From NCBI GenBank assembly GCA_963755125.1, contig CAVWIP010000008.1, positions 160,001 to 224,000 of the forward strand: a stretch of DNA of 64,000 nucleotides, written 5' to 3'. The position numbers and the translations under genes were made by a program. Below the pieces are notes generated by a model. That model had not been told where the DNA came from. It made no database searches and saw only the letters and a list, made by a program, of their open reading frames with translations. The first letter of the stretch is position 1. Every line of letters starts with the position of its first letter. Shown piece by piece: positions 30,433 to 40,349 of the stretch. The stretch is from an uncultured delta proteobacterium (GTDB lineage Bacteria > Myxococcota_A > Polyangia > Fen-1088).

Positions 30433-31353
30433 TTAGGCCCGCGGGTGGAAGCGGTCGTACACCGTGCGCAGGTGGGCGCGCGACAGGTGCGTGTAGATCT
30501 CGGTGGTTCCGATGTCGACGTGGCCGAGCATGGCCTGCACGGCGCGCAAGTCGGCCCCTCGTTCCACCATGTGGGTAGCGAATGAATGGCGGAGCTTGTG
30601 CGGAGAAATCTCCTTGCGGATCCCGGCGGCGCGCGCGTACGCGCCCAGGATCTTCCAGAAGGCTTGCCGAGTCATGCGGCGGCCCAGCCGCGTGAGAAAC
30701 AGCGCATCCACGGTGGCCCCACGTCCGGCACGCAGAAAGTGCGGCCGCGCACCTTCCCCGTATGACCGCAGCGCCGCCACCGCAGCCTCGCCCAGCGGAA
30801 CCAGCCGCTGCTTTCCGCCCTTGCCCACGGTGGTCAGGTAGCCGGCGTCGAAGTTGATGTCAGAGAGGCGCAGCTTGACCAGTTCGGACACGCGCAGCCC
30901 CGTGGCGTACAGAGTCTCCAGCATGGTTCCGTCGCGCGCACCGCGGTCGGTGCGACGATCGGGCGCAGCCAACAGCCGATCCACTTCGGCGACAGTCAGG
31001 TACCCGGGCAGCGGCCGGCCGAAACGCGGCAGATCCACGTCCTCGGTGGGATTGATCTCGCACAGGCGCTCGGTCTTGAGAAACCTGAAGAACTGGCGCA
31101 ACGCCACCAGCGCCCGGGCCTGAGTACGGGCGGAGAGGGCATTCTCGGTCAACGCGGAAAGGTATTCGAGGATGTGGATGGTGCGGACTGAGGGCACATC
31201 CGAGAGACCCTTGGCCACCGCGAAACGAGAGAAAGCGGTCAGGTCATGGCCATAGGCCGCCAGCGTGGACACGCTCAGCTCACGCTCGACCCGCAAGTGG
31301 TCGAGGAACTGCTGGATAGCGACGTCGAGCGTGAGGCCCACGGGGAGGATCAT
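30433..31353 (-). CDS. xerD: Site-specific tyrosine recombinase XerD
   Basis: LYATGLRVSEL, GKGGKQR, HKLRHSFATH, LGH..TTEIY; xerD-S2P-scpAB context; start uncertain. Confidence 0.93.
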   Translation of the reverse strand: MILPVGLTLDVAIQQFLDHLRVERELSVSTLAAYGHDLTAFSRFAVAKGLSDVPSVRTIHILEYLSALTENALSARTQARALVALRQFFRFLKTERLCEINPTEDVDLPRFGRPLPGYLTVAEVDRLLAAPDRRTDRGARDGTMLETLYATGLRVSELVKLRLSDINFDAGYLTTVGKGGKQRLVPLGEAAVAALRSYGEGARPHFLRAGRGATVDALFLTRLGRRMTRQAFWKILGAYARAAGIRKEISPHKLRHSFATHMVERGADLRAVQAMLGHVDIGTTEIYTHLSRAHLRTVYDRFHPRA

Positions 31354-31409
31354 CGGACGGCAACACGGGAACCGCAATTTTCCGCAAAGAGAGTGCTAGG
31401 CTTGCAGCC

Positions 31410-32177
31410 ATGAAGATATCCATCGGATCGAGGCAGCTGGCCTACGAGTCGGTGGGCAGCGGCCCAGTCCTGGTGCTGCTGCACGCGTTTCCCTTTGACA
31501 GCCGCATGTGGCACAAGACTGCGGCGGCTCTGGCCGGCCAACGCCGGGTCATCACGCCCGACATGCGCGGCTTTGGGCTTTCCGACCTCGGATCGGGCGG
31601 CTCCTCCATCGCCGATCTGGCCGATGACGTGGCCAGTTTGCTCGACGCCCTGAATCTGCCCGCGGCCACGGTAGGCGGCATGTCGATGGGCGGCTACGTG
31701 GCGCTGGCCTTTGCCCGTCGCCATCGCGACCGATTGAAGTCGCTCGTCCTGGCTGACACCAAGGCTGCCGCGGACACGCCCGAGGCTCGCCAGGGTCGCG
31801 AAGCCGCCATCGCGCTGGTGGAGCAACAGGGCGTACCTGCCCTGCTTGAGAAGCAGATTCCGCGTCTCCTGTCGGCTTCGGCGAGCGACAGTCTGCGCGC
31901 CGAGGTGCGCGCGCTGGGAGCCCAGTCGCCCGAGGCGATCATTGCCGCGATCCGCGCCTTGCGCGACCGGCCCGACCGTACCGCCGAGTTGCCCGAGATC
32001 GCGGTGCCCACTCTGGTCGTGGTTGGCAGCGACGACGCGCTTTCCTCGCCAGCGGAGGCCCGCGTCATGGCCGCGGCCATGCCCGACGCGCGGGTGGTGG
32101 AGATCCCCGGCGCCGCTCACTTGTCCAACCTGGAGAATCCAGACGCCTTCAGCGCTGCGCTGGCAGGATTTGCCTAG
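31410..32177 (+). CDS. Alpha/beta fold hydrolase
   Basis: LLHAFP, PDMRGFG, GMSMGG nucleophile elbow, D and H (AAHLSNLE). Confidence 0.92.
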   Translation: MKISIGSRQLAYESVGSGPVLVLLHAFPFDSRMWHKTAAALAGQRRVITPDMRGFGLSDLGSGGSSIADLADDVASLLDALNLPAATVGGMSMGGYVALAFARRHRDRLKSLVLADTKAAADTPEARQGREAAIALVEQQGVPALLEKQIPRLLSASASDSLRAEVRALGAQSPEAIIAAIRALRDRPDRTAELPEIAVPTLVVVGSDDALSSPAEARVMAAAMPDARVVEIPGAAHLSNLENPDAFSAALAGFA

Positions 32178-32443
32178 AAGAGCGGCGAAGGGCCATGCGA
32201 ACTTCAGCCCTTTCTTCGTCTTCCGGCGCGACCCCACCCGGACCGCATGCGTCAACGAAGAGACGCCCAGGCCGGAATTTTCTCCCTTGGACTTTTCGGT
32301 ATCGCGGGCCACAATTACAGAACATGTTGTTCCCGCCCTTCGGCTGGAGTCAGCCCCTTACAGACTCGCCAACTTCTGGGCTTCCACGCGCGAGTCGCAT
32401 AAGAGTGAGGCGCTTTGCCGGCCCGGCCGCCTATGCGGGCGCC

Positions 32444-33301
32444 ATGGACCCAATTCGCATCGCGCACCTGACAGACCAGCACGTGGGCCGGATCACGCCG
32501 TGGGCGATTCAGCGTGAAGCGGTGGCGCTGACCAACGCCGAGCGCCCGGATCTGGTTGTCATCACCGGGGACTTCGTGTGCCACAGTCAGACCTATCTCG
32601 ACCAGCTTATCGAGCTGGTGCGCGCCTTCCGCGCGCCCGTGATCGGCGTGCTGGGAAACCACGACCATTGGGCAGGCGCCGATGAAGTGGCGGCCTCTCT
32701 GCGACGGGGTGGCGTCGAAGTTCTGCGCAACGACAGCACCATCATCACCATTCGCCGGCAGCGGCTGCAAATCGTGGGTCTCGACGACGCGTACACCGGC
32801 CACGCACACATCGAAGAAGCCGTGGCCGGCTTGCGCCGCGATCTTCCTGTGCTGGCGCTGTCCCACATCGCCGAGGAGGCCGACCAGCTTTGGCAGCACG
32901 GCATCCCGCTGGTACTGGCCGGACACACCCATGGCGGCCAGATAACCGTGGCGCGCCTTAACGACATTGCCGTCGGAAAAATAGCCGGCCACAAATACGT
33001 GCACGGCCTCTATGGCACGCGCCAGCCGCATCGAGGCGCGGTGGTGACCGGTGCGGTCTACGTGGGGGCCGGCATCGGCGCCTCGGTCATGCCGATTCGC
33101 ATCGGCGAGCGCGGCAAGCGCGAGATCACCGTATTCGAGTTTGGTCGCCGGCCAGGCGAATTCGAGGAACCGGATCGCGAACAGGCTCCCCTGCCCGGTC
33201 GCGCGCCGTCGCTGCGAAAGATGCGCCGCCGGGCCGAAAAGGTCATTCGCAGACGTTTCCGACGGTCGCTACGACGGACGGTCGAGATGGACCGAGTCTA
33301 G
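32444..33301 (+). CDS. Calcineurin-like metallophosphoesterase
   Basis: TDQH, TGDF, GNHD, SH, GHTHGG. Confidence 0.9.
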   Translation: MDPIRIAHLTDQHVGRITPWAIQREAVALTNAERPDLVVITGDFVCHSQTYLDQLIELVRAFRAPVIGVLGNHDHWAGADEVAASLRRGGVEVLRNDSTIITIRRQRLQIVGLDDAYTGHAHIEEAVAGLRRDLPVLALSHIAEEADQLWQHGIPLVLAGHTHGGQITVARLNDIAVGKIAGHKYVHGLYGTRQPHRGAVVTGAVYVGAGIGASVMPIRIGERGKREITVFEFGRRPGEFEEPDREQAPLPGRAPSLRKMRRRAEKVIRRRFRRSLRRTVEMDRV

Positions 33302-34257
33302 CTTTTCAGAATCGTCACCAGTTCGGCCGCGATCTGGCGCGCCCGTTCGACTTCGCCCTTGGGCAGCGAAATGGCGCCCACCGCCGGGTGCCCGCCGCCG
33401 CCGTAGCGTTCACACAGCCTGGCAATATCATGCGTGCGCGGCACAGGCGGCCAGGGATTGGAGCCGACCGATACCTTCATGCGCTTGCCCGGCGACAGGA
33501 CCGTGACCGCGTAGCGTGCGTCGGGATAGAGGTAATAGACGATGAACTTGTTCACCGAGGTGATGGGTTCCTGCGAAAGATCGGTGATCACCACCCCCTG
33601 CTCCATGCGCGCCAGGCGGCGGATCGCTTCTACGTTTCTTTCGTGCCCGTTGAGCAGCCCAGCCAGTGGCCCGGCCACATAGGGACTGGCGGCAATTTCA
33701 GCCAGCGGCTTGGACACCACGTCGGCGATGAACCGCTCGGAGAGAACGCGGTCGCGGTTGGCTTCAATCCAGGTCATCAGGCGCAAGGCGGGCTCGCGCA
33801 ATTCCACAGCCTGGGCCGCTGATTCAAAAAGCGCGCCGTCGATGATTTCGGCCCAGTGAAGGAGTTCCTGAAGTTGCGAGATGTCGAACCCGAATTTCTC
33901 GGCCACGGTATAGGCCAGAAAGCGCGTGCAGCTCTTGGCGCTCGGGTCGTAGAATTTTTGGCCGCTTCGGTCGGCGCGGAAGTGGGCTTCGTCCGCGGCG
34001 CTCTGGAAGGTGGAGACGTGGTGGTCGAACCACCAGTGCAAACGTGGGTCAGAGGTGTAACGGAAGTCCACGCAGGCGTTCACGTCACCGTCGAGCGACT
34101 CGGGTGGAATGGCGGGCCCAGCTTCCTTGTGGTCCATGGGCGTGAAGGTCACGTCCACGGGTTCCCGCGCCACGCACTCGCGAAAGAAACGGGCGAACAC
34201 GCCGGCCGAGCTGGCGCCGTCGAAACAACTGCCGTGGTGAAGAATGCGCAGACGCAT
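33298..34257 (-). CDS. DHH-family phosphoesterase
   Basis: HGSCFDG, VDF, FDHH, GGGH. Confidence 0.85.
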   Translation of the reverse strand: MRLRILHHGSCFDGASSAGVFARFFRECVAREPVDVTFTPMDHKEAGPAIPPESLDGDVNACVDFRYTSDPRLHWWFDHHVSTFQSAADEAHFRADRSGQKFYDPSAKSCTRFLAYTVAEKFGFDISQLQELLHWAEIIDGALFESAAQAVELREPALRLMTWIEANRDRVLSERFIADVVSKPLAEIAASPYVAGPLAGLLNGHERNVEAIRRLARMEQGVVITDLSQEPITSVNKFIVYYLYPDARYAVTVLSPGKRMKVSVGSNPWPPVPRTHDIARLCERYGGGGHPAVGAISLPKGEVERARQIAAELVTILKS

Positions 34258-34371
34258 CTTCAGAACTTAGAGCGCCCACCACCCCTCGGCAAGCCGCATT
34301 GCCAACCCGGCGAGGACGGCGGCTCCGCTTCCTCCTCGACGCCGGGGCTGCTCTCCAGTAGAAATCACGAC

Positions 34372-36183
34372 ATGCCTGAGTTTCTCAAAGACATAAAACG
34401 CACCCACGACTGCGGTGCCTTGCGCGCCAGCGATGTGGACAAACCGGCGGTTCTCTTCGGCTGGGTTGCCTCTCGCCGCGATCACGGCGGGTGCGTGTTC
34501 ATCGACCTGCGCGACCGCGGCGGTATCACCCAGGTGATGTTTGAACCAGGGGTCAGCGCGGAGGCCCATGCCCTGGCCGGCGAGCTGCGTTCCGAATTCT
34601 GCATCGGCGTGGCGGGCGTGGTTCACGACCGCGCCGAACGACGCAACCCCAACATGCCTACAGGCGAGGTGGAGCTGCACTGTGACCAGCTCACCATCTT
34701 CTCGCGCTCTGACACGCCGCCCTTCGAGATTGTCGACGACAGCGCGGCCAACGAGATGGTGAGACTCAAGTACCGCGCGCTCGATCTGCGCCGTCCGTCC
34801 CTGCAGCGCAACTTCCTGCTGCGCTCGCAGATCTACCAGACCGCGCGCCGGGTGCTTTCCGGCCATCGCTTCCTGGAAATCGAGACGCCCTTCCTGGTCA
34901 AGTACACGCCGGGCGGCGCGCGCAATTTCCTGGTGCCTTCGCGCCTGACGCCCGGGACGTTCTACGCCCTGGCCGAGTCGCCGCAGCTTTTCAAGCAGCT
35001 CTTCATGGTGGCGGGCTTCGATCGCTACTTCCAGATCGTCCGCTGCTTCCGCGACGAGGATCTGCGCCAGGACCGGCAACCCGAGTTCACCCAGATCGAC
35101 CTCGAGATGAGCTTCGTGGTCGAGGAGGACGTGCAGGCGGTGGTGGAGAGCTTGATGGTTGCGCTGTGGAAGGACGTGCTCAACCTCGACGTCGCGGCGC
35201 CTTTCCCGCGCCTTTCGTTCGCCGAGGCCATGGCGCTCTACGGTTCGGACAAACCCGACCTGCGCTTCGGCCTGCCCCTGTGCGATGTCAGCGACGTGGT
35301 TCGCAAGCACAACGGCGGCAACGTGGACATGCTGCAAAAAGCGATCACGGCGACGGGTCCCGAGCCTGCGGCGGTCAAGGCCTGGCGTCTGCCAGCGGCC
35401 GACGCCTCAAAGATGTCCAACGCGGAAGTCGACAAGCTGGAGGACTACGTCAAGGGTCTGGGCGCCCGCGGCCTGGCCCGCGCGCGCATCGGCGCGGGCG
35501 GCGCGTGGACCCGTTCGCCCATGAAGACCATGAGCGAGGCCATGCGCCAGGACCTGAACGCGGCCGCGGGCCTGCAGGAGGGCGATCTCTTCTTCTTGCA
35601 GTTCGGGGCGCGCAAGCTGGTCAACACGGTGCTGGGCGGTCTGCGCCTGCACGTGGCCAACAAGCTCGATCTGATCCCCAAGGACCAGTGGAAGTTCGCC
35701 TGGGTCACCGAGTTCCCGCTGCTCGAGCGCAGCGACGACGGAAAGCTAGTGGCGTCCCATCACCCGTTCACTTCTCCCATGGCCGAGGATCTCGACAAGC
35801 TGGAAAGCGCGCCCGCGGAGGTGCGCGCGCGTGCCTACGATCTCGTGCTCAACGGCAACGAGATCGCAGGCGGCAGCATCCGTATCCATCGCGGCGACGT
35901 TCAGTCACGCGTGTTCAAGGCCATCGGCCTCACCGAAGAGGACGCACGCGCCAAGTTCGGCTTTCTGCTGGACGCCTTCCGCCACGGACCACCGCCGCAC
36001 GGTGGAATCGCGGCCGGACTCGACCGGCTGGCCATGCTTCTGTGCGGCGCCGATTCGCTACGCGACGTGATCGCCTTCCCCAAGACGCAGAAGGGGACAG
36101 ACCTCTGCACCGAGGCGCCGGCCGCGGTCACCAGCAAGCAACTGGAAGAGCTGCACATCGCGCTCACCCACGTCGAGCCGTAG
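34372..36183 (+). CDS. aspS: Aspartate-tRNA ligase, probably non-discriminating
   Basis: RRDHGG, TPGGARNF, FRDEDLRQDRQPEFTQIDLE, HHPFT, PPHGG..GLDR. Confidence 0.97.
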   Translation: MPEFLKDIKRTHDCGALRASDVDKPAVLFGWVASRRDHGGCVFIDLRDRGGITQVMFEPGVSAEAHALAGELRSEFCIGVAGVVHDRAERRNPNMPTGEVELHCDQLTIFSRSDTPPFEIVDDSAANEMVRLKYRALDLRRPSLQRNFLLRSQIYQTARRVLSGHRFLEIETPFLVKYTPGGARNFLVPSRLTPGTFYALAESPQLFKQLFMVAGFDRYFQIVRCFRDEDLRQDRQPEFTQIDLEMSFVVEEDVQAVVESLMVALWKDVLNLDVAAPFPRLSFAEAMALYGSDKPDLRFGLPLCDVSDVVRKHNGGNVDMLQKAITATGPEPAAVKAWRLPAADASKMSNAEVDKLEDYVKGLGARGLARARIGAGGAWTRSPMKTMSEAMRQDLNAAAGLQEGDLFFLQFGARKLVNTVLGGLRLHVANKLDLIPKDQWKFAWVTEFPLLERSDDGKLVASHHPFTSPMAEDLDKLESAPAEVRARAYDLVLNGNEIAGGSIRIHRGDVQSRVFKAIGLTEEDARAKFGFLLDAFRHGPPPHGGIAAGLDRLAMLLCGADSLRDVIAFPKTQKGTDLCTEAPAAVTSKQLEELHIALTHVEP

Positions 36184-36187
36184 CGCC

Positions 36188-37810
36188 ATGACAGGGGGAG
36201 GCTGGCGGGAGACCGCGCGACGCCGGCTCGAGGACGAGACATTCGATCTGCTGGTGGTGGGCGGGGGCGCCACCGGAGCCGCCATCGCTCGCGACGCCGC
36301 CACGCGCGGCCTGCACGTGGCCCTGTGTGAACGCGGCGACTTCGCCAGCCAGACCTCCAGCCAGTCGTCAAAACTCATTCACGGGGGCCTGCGCTACCTG
36401 CAACATGGCAACTTCCATCTGGTGTTCGAGTCCCTGGCCGAACGCCGTCGCTTGCTCAAGACCGCCCCGCACCTGTGTCGCCCGAGGGAGTTTCTCTATC
36501 CGACCTACGCCGGCCGCTTTCCTTCACCGAGGCTGCTGTCCCTGGGCGTGGGCCTGTACGACGCGCTTGCCCTCTGGCAACCGCCGGTGCGCAGCCGCGT
36601 TCTTGACGCGCGCGAGGTCTATCGGCTGGTACCCGGGCTGCGCAGCACGGGTCTGCTGGGCGCGCAGCAGTACGTCGATTGCCAGACCGACGACGCGCGC
36701 CTGGTGCTGGAGAACGTGCTCGACGCAGTGACCGCCGGGGCCGTCGCGCTCTCCTATGTCGAAATCCAGCCCGACCACCGGGGCGCCGACAGCTTCCGCG
36801 TGGCGCACGCGGTGGATCGTGACCAGGGCGACAAGTTCGAAATTCGCGCACGTCTGCTGGTCAATGCCACCGGACCCTTCTGTGACAACTTCTCTGGCGG
36901 ACCGCCCAGACTGCGGCCCACCCTGGGCGTTCATCTGATGGTGGATGGGGATCGCCTGCCCACCTTCGGGCGGGCCGTGGTGGTGCATTCCCCGCACGAC
37001 GGTCGCCTGGTATTCGCCCTGCCAGCCGGTCGGCGCACCATGGTCGGGACCACCGAGACTGACTGGCCCTCGCTGCCGCCGCGGCCCGAGGACGAGATTC
37101 GCGCCCACGGCAGCGACGTGGACTACCTGCTGGAAACTGCAAACCACGCCTTCCCGCCTGCGGATCTGCAACCCAGCGACGTGATCTCGACCTTCGCCGG
37201 GCTGCGGCCTCTCATCGACCGCGGGCTAGCAACCCACGCAGCCACCTCACGCGAGCACGCGATCTGGTCGGGCACGAGTGGCTGGCTTCACGTGGCTGGT
37301 GGCAAACTGACCACCATGCGGGCCATGGCCGAAGAAGCCGTGGACCGCGCCATCGAGATGCTGCGCAACCGTGGATTTGCAGGCGTCCTGCGGCCCTGCC
37401 AGACTCGCGCACGTCCCCTGCCCGGTGCCGGAAAGGCCAAGTCTGATTTTCGAGCTCTTGCGCCTGACATCGTCACACACCTCAACGAAACATATGGGGC
37501 TCGCGTCGATCAGGTCTTCTCGCTGGTCGCCAGCGACTCCTCGCTGGGCCGGAAGCTCGACCCCGAGTTGCCTCACGTGGCCGCCGAGCTTGTGTTCGCA
37601 AGTCGTTCCGACCTTGCCTGCGAGGTGGAAGACGTGCTCCGGCGGCGCGTTCCGCTCGCACTCCTCAGCAAGACGCACGGTCTGGATGTGGCGGAAAAAA
37701 CCGCAACCCTGCTCGCACGCGAGCGGGGCTGGTCAGAGCAGCGCCGCACCCAGAGCGTGCTTCAATATCGCACCGCAGTCTCTGCATTGCGCGCGTGGCA
37801 GGCTGACTGA
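36188..37810 (+). CDS. glpD: FAD-dependent glycerol-3-phosphate dehydrogenase/oxidase
   Basis: GGGATG, SSKLIHGGLRYL, DDARL, GTT, AGLRPL, GGKLTT. Confidence 0.9.
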   Translation: MTGGGWRETARRRLEDETFDLLVVGGGATGAAIARDAATRGLHVALCERGDFASQTSSQSSKLIHGGLRYLQHGNFHLVFESLAERRRLLKTAPHLCRPREFLYPTYAGRFPSPRLLSLGVGLYDALALWQPPVRSRVLDAREVYRLVPGLRSTGLLGAQQYVDCQTDDARLVLENVLDAVTAGAVALSYVEIQPDHRGADSFRVAHAVDRDQGDKFEIRARLLVNATGPFCDNFSGGPPRLRPTLGVHLMVDGDRLPTFGRAVVVHSPHDGRLVFALPAGRRTMVGTTETDWPSLPPRPEDEIRAHGSDVDYLLETANHAFPPADLQPSDVISTFAGLRPLIDRGLATHAATSREHAIWSGTSGWLHVAGGKLTTMRAMAEEAVDRAIEMLRNRGFAGVLRPCQTRARPLPGAGKAKSDFRALAPDIVTHLNETYGARVDQVFSLVASDSSLGRKLDPELPHVAAELVFASRSDLACEVEDVLRRRVPLALLSKTHGLDVAEKTATLLARERGWSEQRRTQSVLQYRTAVSALRAWQAD

Positions 37811-37946
37811 CGCTACGAGCTATTAAGTGCGAATCTACCTGCGCACCAATCGACGTGATTACTCCGCCACTTACCATCCTGCGGGCGCATCTGGTGCGAA
37901 ATGAGCTACGCGCTGACGCAAAAATGCCGCTATTAGACAATAACAA

Positions 37947-37959
37947 AATCAACATGTTA
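37947..37959 (+). promoter_or_regulatory. IHF binding site
   Basis: AATCAACATGTTA matches WATCAANNNNTTR exactly, in an AT-rich patch just upstream of a sigma54 motif. Confidence 0.65.
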
Positions 37960-37974
37960 GCGTGTCATACCCAA

Positions 37975-37990
37975 TGGCACGGCCCGTGCT
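37975..37990 (+). promoter_or_regulatory. Sigma54 -24/-12 promoter
   Basis: TGGCAC-GGCCC-GTGCT, GG-N10-GC spacing, about 35 bp upstream of the small ORF. Confidence 0.7.
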
Positions 37991-38024
37991 TAGTGTGGCG
38001 GCAACCTTCTTGGGAGGAGGGTCC

Positions 38025-38219
38025 ATGTCTCAATCTCTGGCAACCGTGAATACCGCAGCGCCAGTCATTAGCAGGGAACGTGCCCTGAAGATCCTGTCCA
38101 AGTCCCTGTACCGGGATTTGCGCCAGAACGGCTACGAGCCAAAGCAGATTGTTGCCGTGGCGTCTGAGCTGATCAGCTTGGTCACGTCCGACATCAAAGA
38201 GGATGCGCAGCTCGTCTAG
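38025..38219 (+). CDS. Small hypothetical protein (64 aa)
   Basis: GGAGGAGG SD; amphipathic helices ILSKSLYRDLRQNGY and QIVAVASELISLVT; own promoter and terminator. Confidence 0.8.
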   Translation: MSQSLATVNTAAPVISRERALKILSKSLYRDLRQNGYEPKQIVAVASELISLVTSDIKEDAQLV

Positions 38220-38250
38220 CGCGCACCTCCTTTCACATAAGTCGTAGTTT

Positions 38251-38274
38251 GGGGGCCCACGGCCCCCTTTTTTT
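38251..38274 (+). terminator. Rho-independent terminator
   Basis: GGGGGCC-CAC-GGCCCCC followed by T7. Confidence 0.9.
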
Positions 38275-38360
38275 GTCCAAGCGCCACTTCCCCTGGCAAG
38301 GCAACTGCCTGGGAATGGCCTGGAAACCAGAGCCCATTCCGTGTAAAAGCGGTCCCTCCC

Positions 38361-39545
38361 ATGGCGGCCAAGACCATCGCCGATCTGGACATTCAAGGCC
38401 GGCGGATCTTCATCCGCGTGGACTTCGATGTTCCGCTGACCCCAGCCGGCGGCGTGGCCGATGCTACGCGCATTCGAGAGAGCCTGCCTACCATCCGGCA
38501 CGCCATCGATCGTGGTGGACGGGTGGTGCTGGCCTCGCATCTCGGTCGGCCCAAGGGGAAACCGAACCCGGCATTCTCACTAATGCCGGTGGCCGCCTGC
38601 CTGGTTGAGTTTCTCGACCGAGACGTGGTGCTGGCCGATGAACCGGTGGGTGACGGCGCCAAGAAGGTCGTGGCCGACCTGCGCGACGGCGGCGTGGCCA
38701 TGCTGGAGAACCTGCGCTTCGCGTCCGGCGAAGAAGCCAACGACGAGACTTTCGCTCGCTCCCTCGCCGGCTACGCCGACGTCTACATCAACGATGCCTT
38801 CACGACCGCGCATTTGGCGCACGCCTCGACCGCCGGAATGACCAGGTTTGTTTCGGCCAAGGGCATGGGACTGACGATGGAGCGCGAGGTGAAGTTCCTT
38901 GGCCAGCTCGGTGGTGAGATCGCACGTCCGTTTGTCGCCATCCTCGGCGGTGCCAACCTTTCCGACAAGACGGGCCTGCTGGAAAGTCTCCTCGGTCGCG
39001 CCGACACCATCATCATCGGCGGCGCGTTGGCCAACACCTTCCTCAAGGCTCGAGGTGGCAACCTTGGCGCCACCCGCGTGGAAGGTGAGAAGCTGGCTTG
39101 GGCACGCGCCTTTCTGGCCAGGGCCGTCGACGCCCCGGTCGAGATTCTGTTGCCACGCGATCTTGTGGCGGCCTCCGGTCCGGAGGCGCTCGCAGGCCAG
39201 ACCGTGCCGGCAATGAAGGTCCCCTACGATCTGGAGGCACTGGATATCGGTCCTGAAACTGCGCAGCAGTTCGCGGAAACTTTGGCCCACGCCCGCACCG
39301 CGTTCTGGGACGGCCCCATGGGCTGGTTCGCTTCGGCGCCCTTTGCCCTCGGCACCATCGCCGTGGCCAGAGCCGTGGCCGCAGTGAAATTCGGTCTGAC
39401 CGTGGTGTGCGGTCCCGACTCGGTGGCCGCACTCGGCCGCGCCGGTGTATCCGAGCACATCACACACATCTCGACGGGCGGCTACGCAACTCTCGAGTTC
39501 ATCGAGGGCAAGAAGCTTCCCGCACTTGCCGCATTGGAGTCCTAG
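38361..39545 (+). CDS. pgk: Phosphoglycerate kinase homolog with multiple active-site substitutions
   Basis: RVDFDVP, SHLGRP, ENLRF, DIGP, STGG; upstream of tpiA-secG. Confidence 0.88.
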   Translation: MAAKTIADLDIQGRRIFIRVDFDVPLTPAGGVADATRIRESLPTIRHAIDRGGRVVLASHLGRPKGKPNPAFSLMPVAACLVEFLDRDVVLADEPVGDGAKKVVADLRDGGVAMLENLRFASGEEANDETFARSLAGYADVYINDAFTTAHLAHASTAGMTRFVSAKGMGLTMEREVKFLGQLGGEIARPFVAILGGANLSDKTGLLESLLGRADTIIIGGALANTFLKARGGNLGATRVEGEKLAWARAFLARAVDAPVEILLPRDLVAASGPEALAGQTVPAMKVPYDLEALDIGPETAQQFAETLAHARTAFWDGPMGWFASAPFALGTIAVARAVAAVKFGLTVVCGPDSVAALGRAGVSEHITHISTGGYATLEFIEGKKLPALAALES

Positions 39546-39563
39546 GGTAGAAAGGAGTCTCTC

Positions 39564-40349
39564 ATGTCTCAACCTCGTGTGCCCCGACCGCTGTTTTGCG
39601 GAAACTGGAAGCTGTGGGGCAGTTTGTCCGAGTCAGTCGCTCTCGCCACCGGCGTGCGTGACGCCACCGCCGCTGTGAGCACGGTGGACGTGGCGGTGGG
39701 GCCCGGCTTCGTGGCCCTGGCCACGGTGGCCGAGAAGCTGAAGTCGAGCGCCCTCGGCGTGGCGGCCCAGGACGGCTACTGGGAGGTCAAAGGTGCTTTC
39801 ACCGGCGAGGTGGCCATGTCGCAGATCGCGGACGCGGGCGCGCGCTACGTGATCATCGGCCACTCGGAACGGCGCCAGTTCTTCTCCGAGACCGACGCGA
39901 ACGTGGCCCGCAAGGCCAAGGCCGCACTGGGCCTCCATTTGACCCCCATCGTTTGCATCGGCGAAACCCTGGCTGAACGCGACGCGGGCCAAGCGCTGAC
40001 GCGCGTGTCGAGCCAACTGGACGGCGCCACCCGCGAGCTTTCCGACGCCGAGCTGGTCAAGGTCGTGATCGCCTACGAGCCCGTGTGGGCCATCGGCACC
40101 GGCCGCAACGCCACGCCCGAGCAAGCGCAGGAGGTGCATGCCGCCATCCGCGTGCAGCTTGCTTCACGCCTGCAGGGCAAGGCGCGGGAGATACGGATTC
40201 TTTACGGTGGTAGCGTCAAGCCGGACAACGTGGCCAGCTTGATGGGCCAGAAGGACATCGACGGCGCACTGGTTGGCGGTGCGTCGCTGACTGTGGAATC
40301 ATTCGCCAAGCTGGTAAAGGAAGGGGCTTCCGCGTGTATACGTTCTTGA
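39564..40349 (+). CDS. tpiA: Triosephosphate isomerase
   Basis: [40 protein letters not shown]. Confidence 0.97.
   Translation: MSQPRVPRPLFCGNWKLWGSLSESVALATGVRDATAAVSTVDVAVGPGFVALATVAEKLKSSALGVAAQDGYWEVKGAFTGEVAMSQIADAGARYVIIGHSERRQFFSETDANVARKAKAALGLHLTPIVCIGETLAERDAGQALTRVSSQLDGATRELSDAELVKVVIAYEPVWAIGTGRNATPEQAQEVHAAIRVQLASRLQGKAREIRILYGGSVKPDNVASLMGQKDIDGALVGGASLTVESFAKLVKEGASACIRS

Noticed and set aside
30433..31353. Tyrosine recombinase as a prophage/ICE integrase
   Set aside because: Sequence and scpAB context fit housekeeping XerD; no att sites or phage genes seen
32180..32440. Intergenic stretch as a gene remnant or N-terminal extension of the metallophosphoesterase
   Set aside because: No recognisable motif; the domain begins at ATG 32444
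38294..38309. TGGCAA-GGCAA-CTGCC as a sigma54 promoter for pgk
   Set aside because: Spacing fits but the match is weak and such matches are common at this GC content
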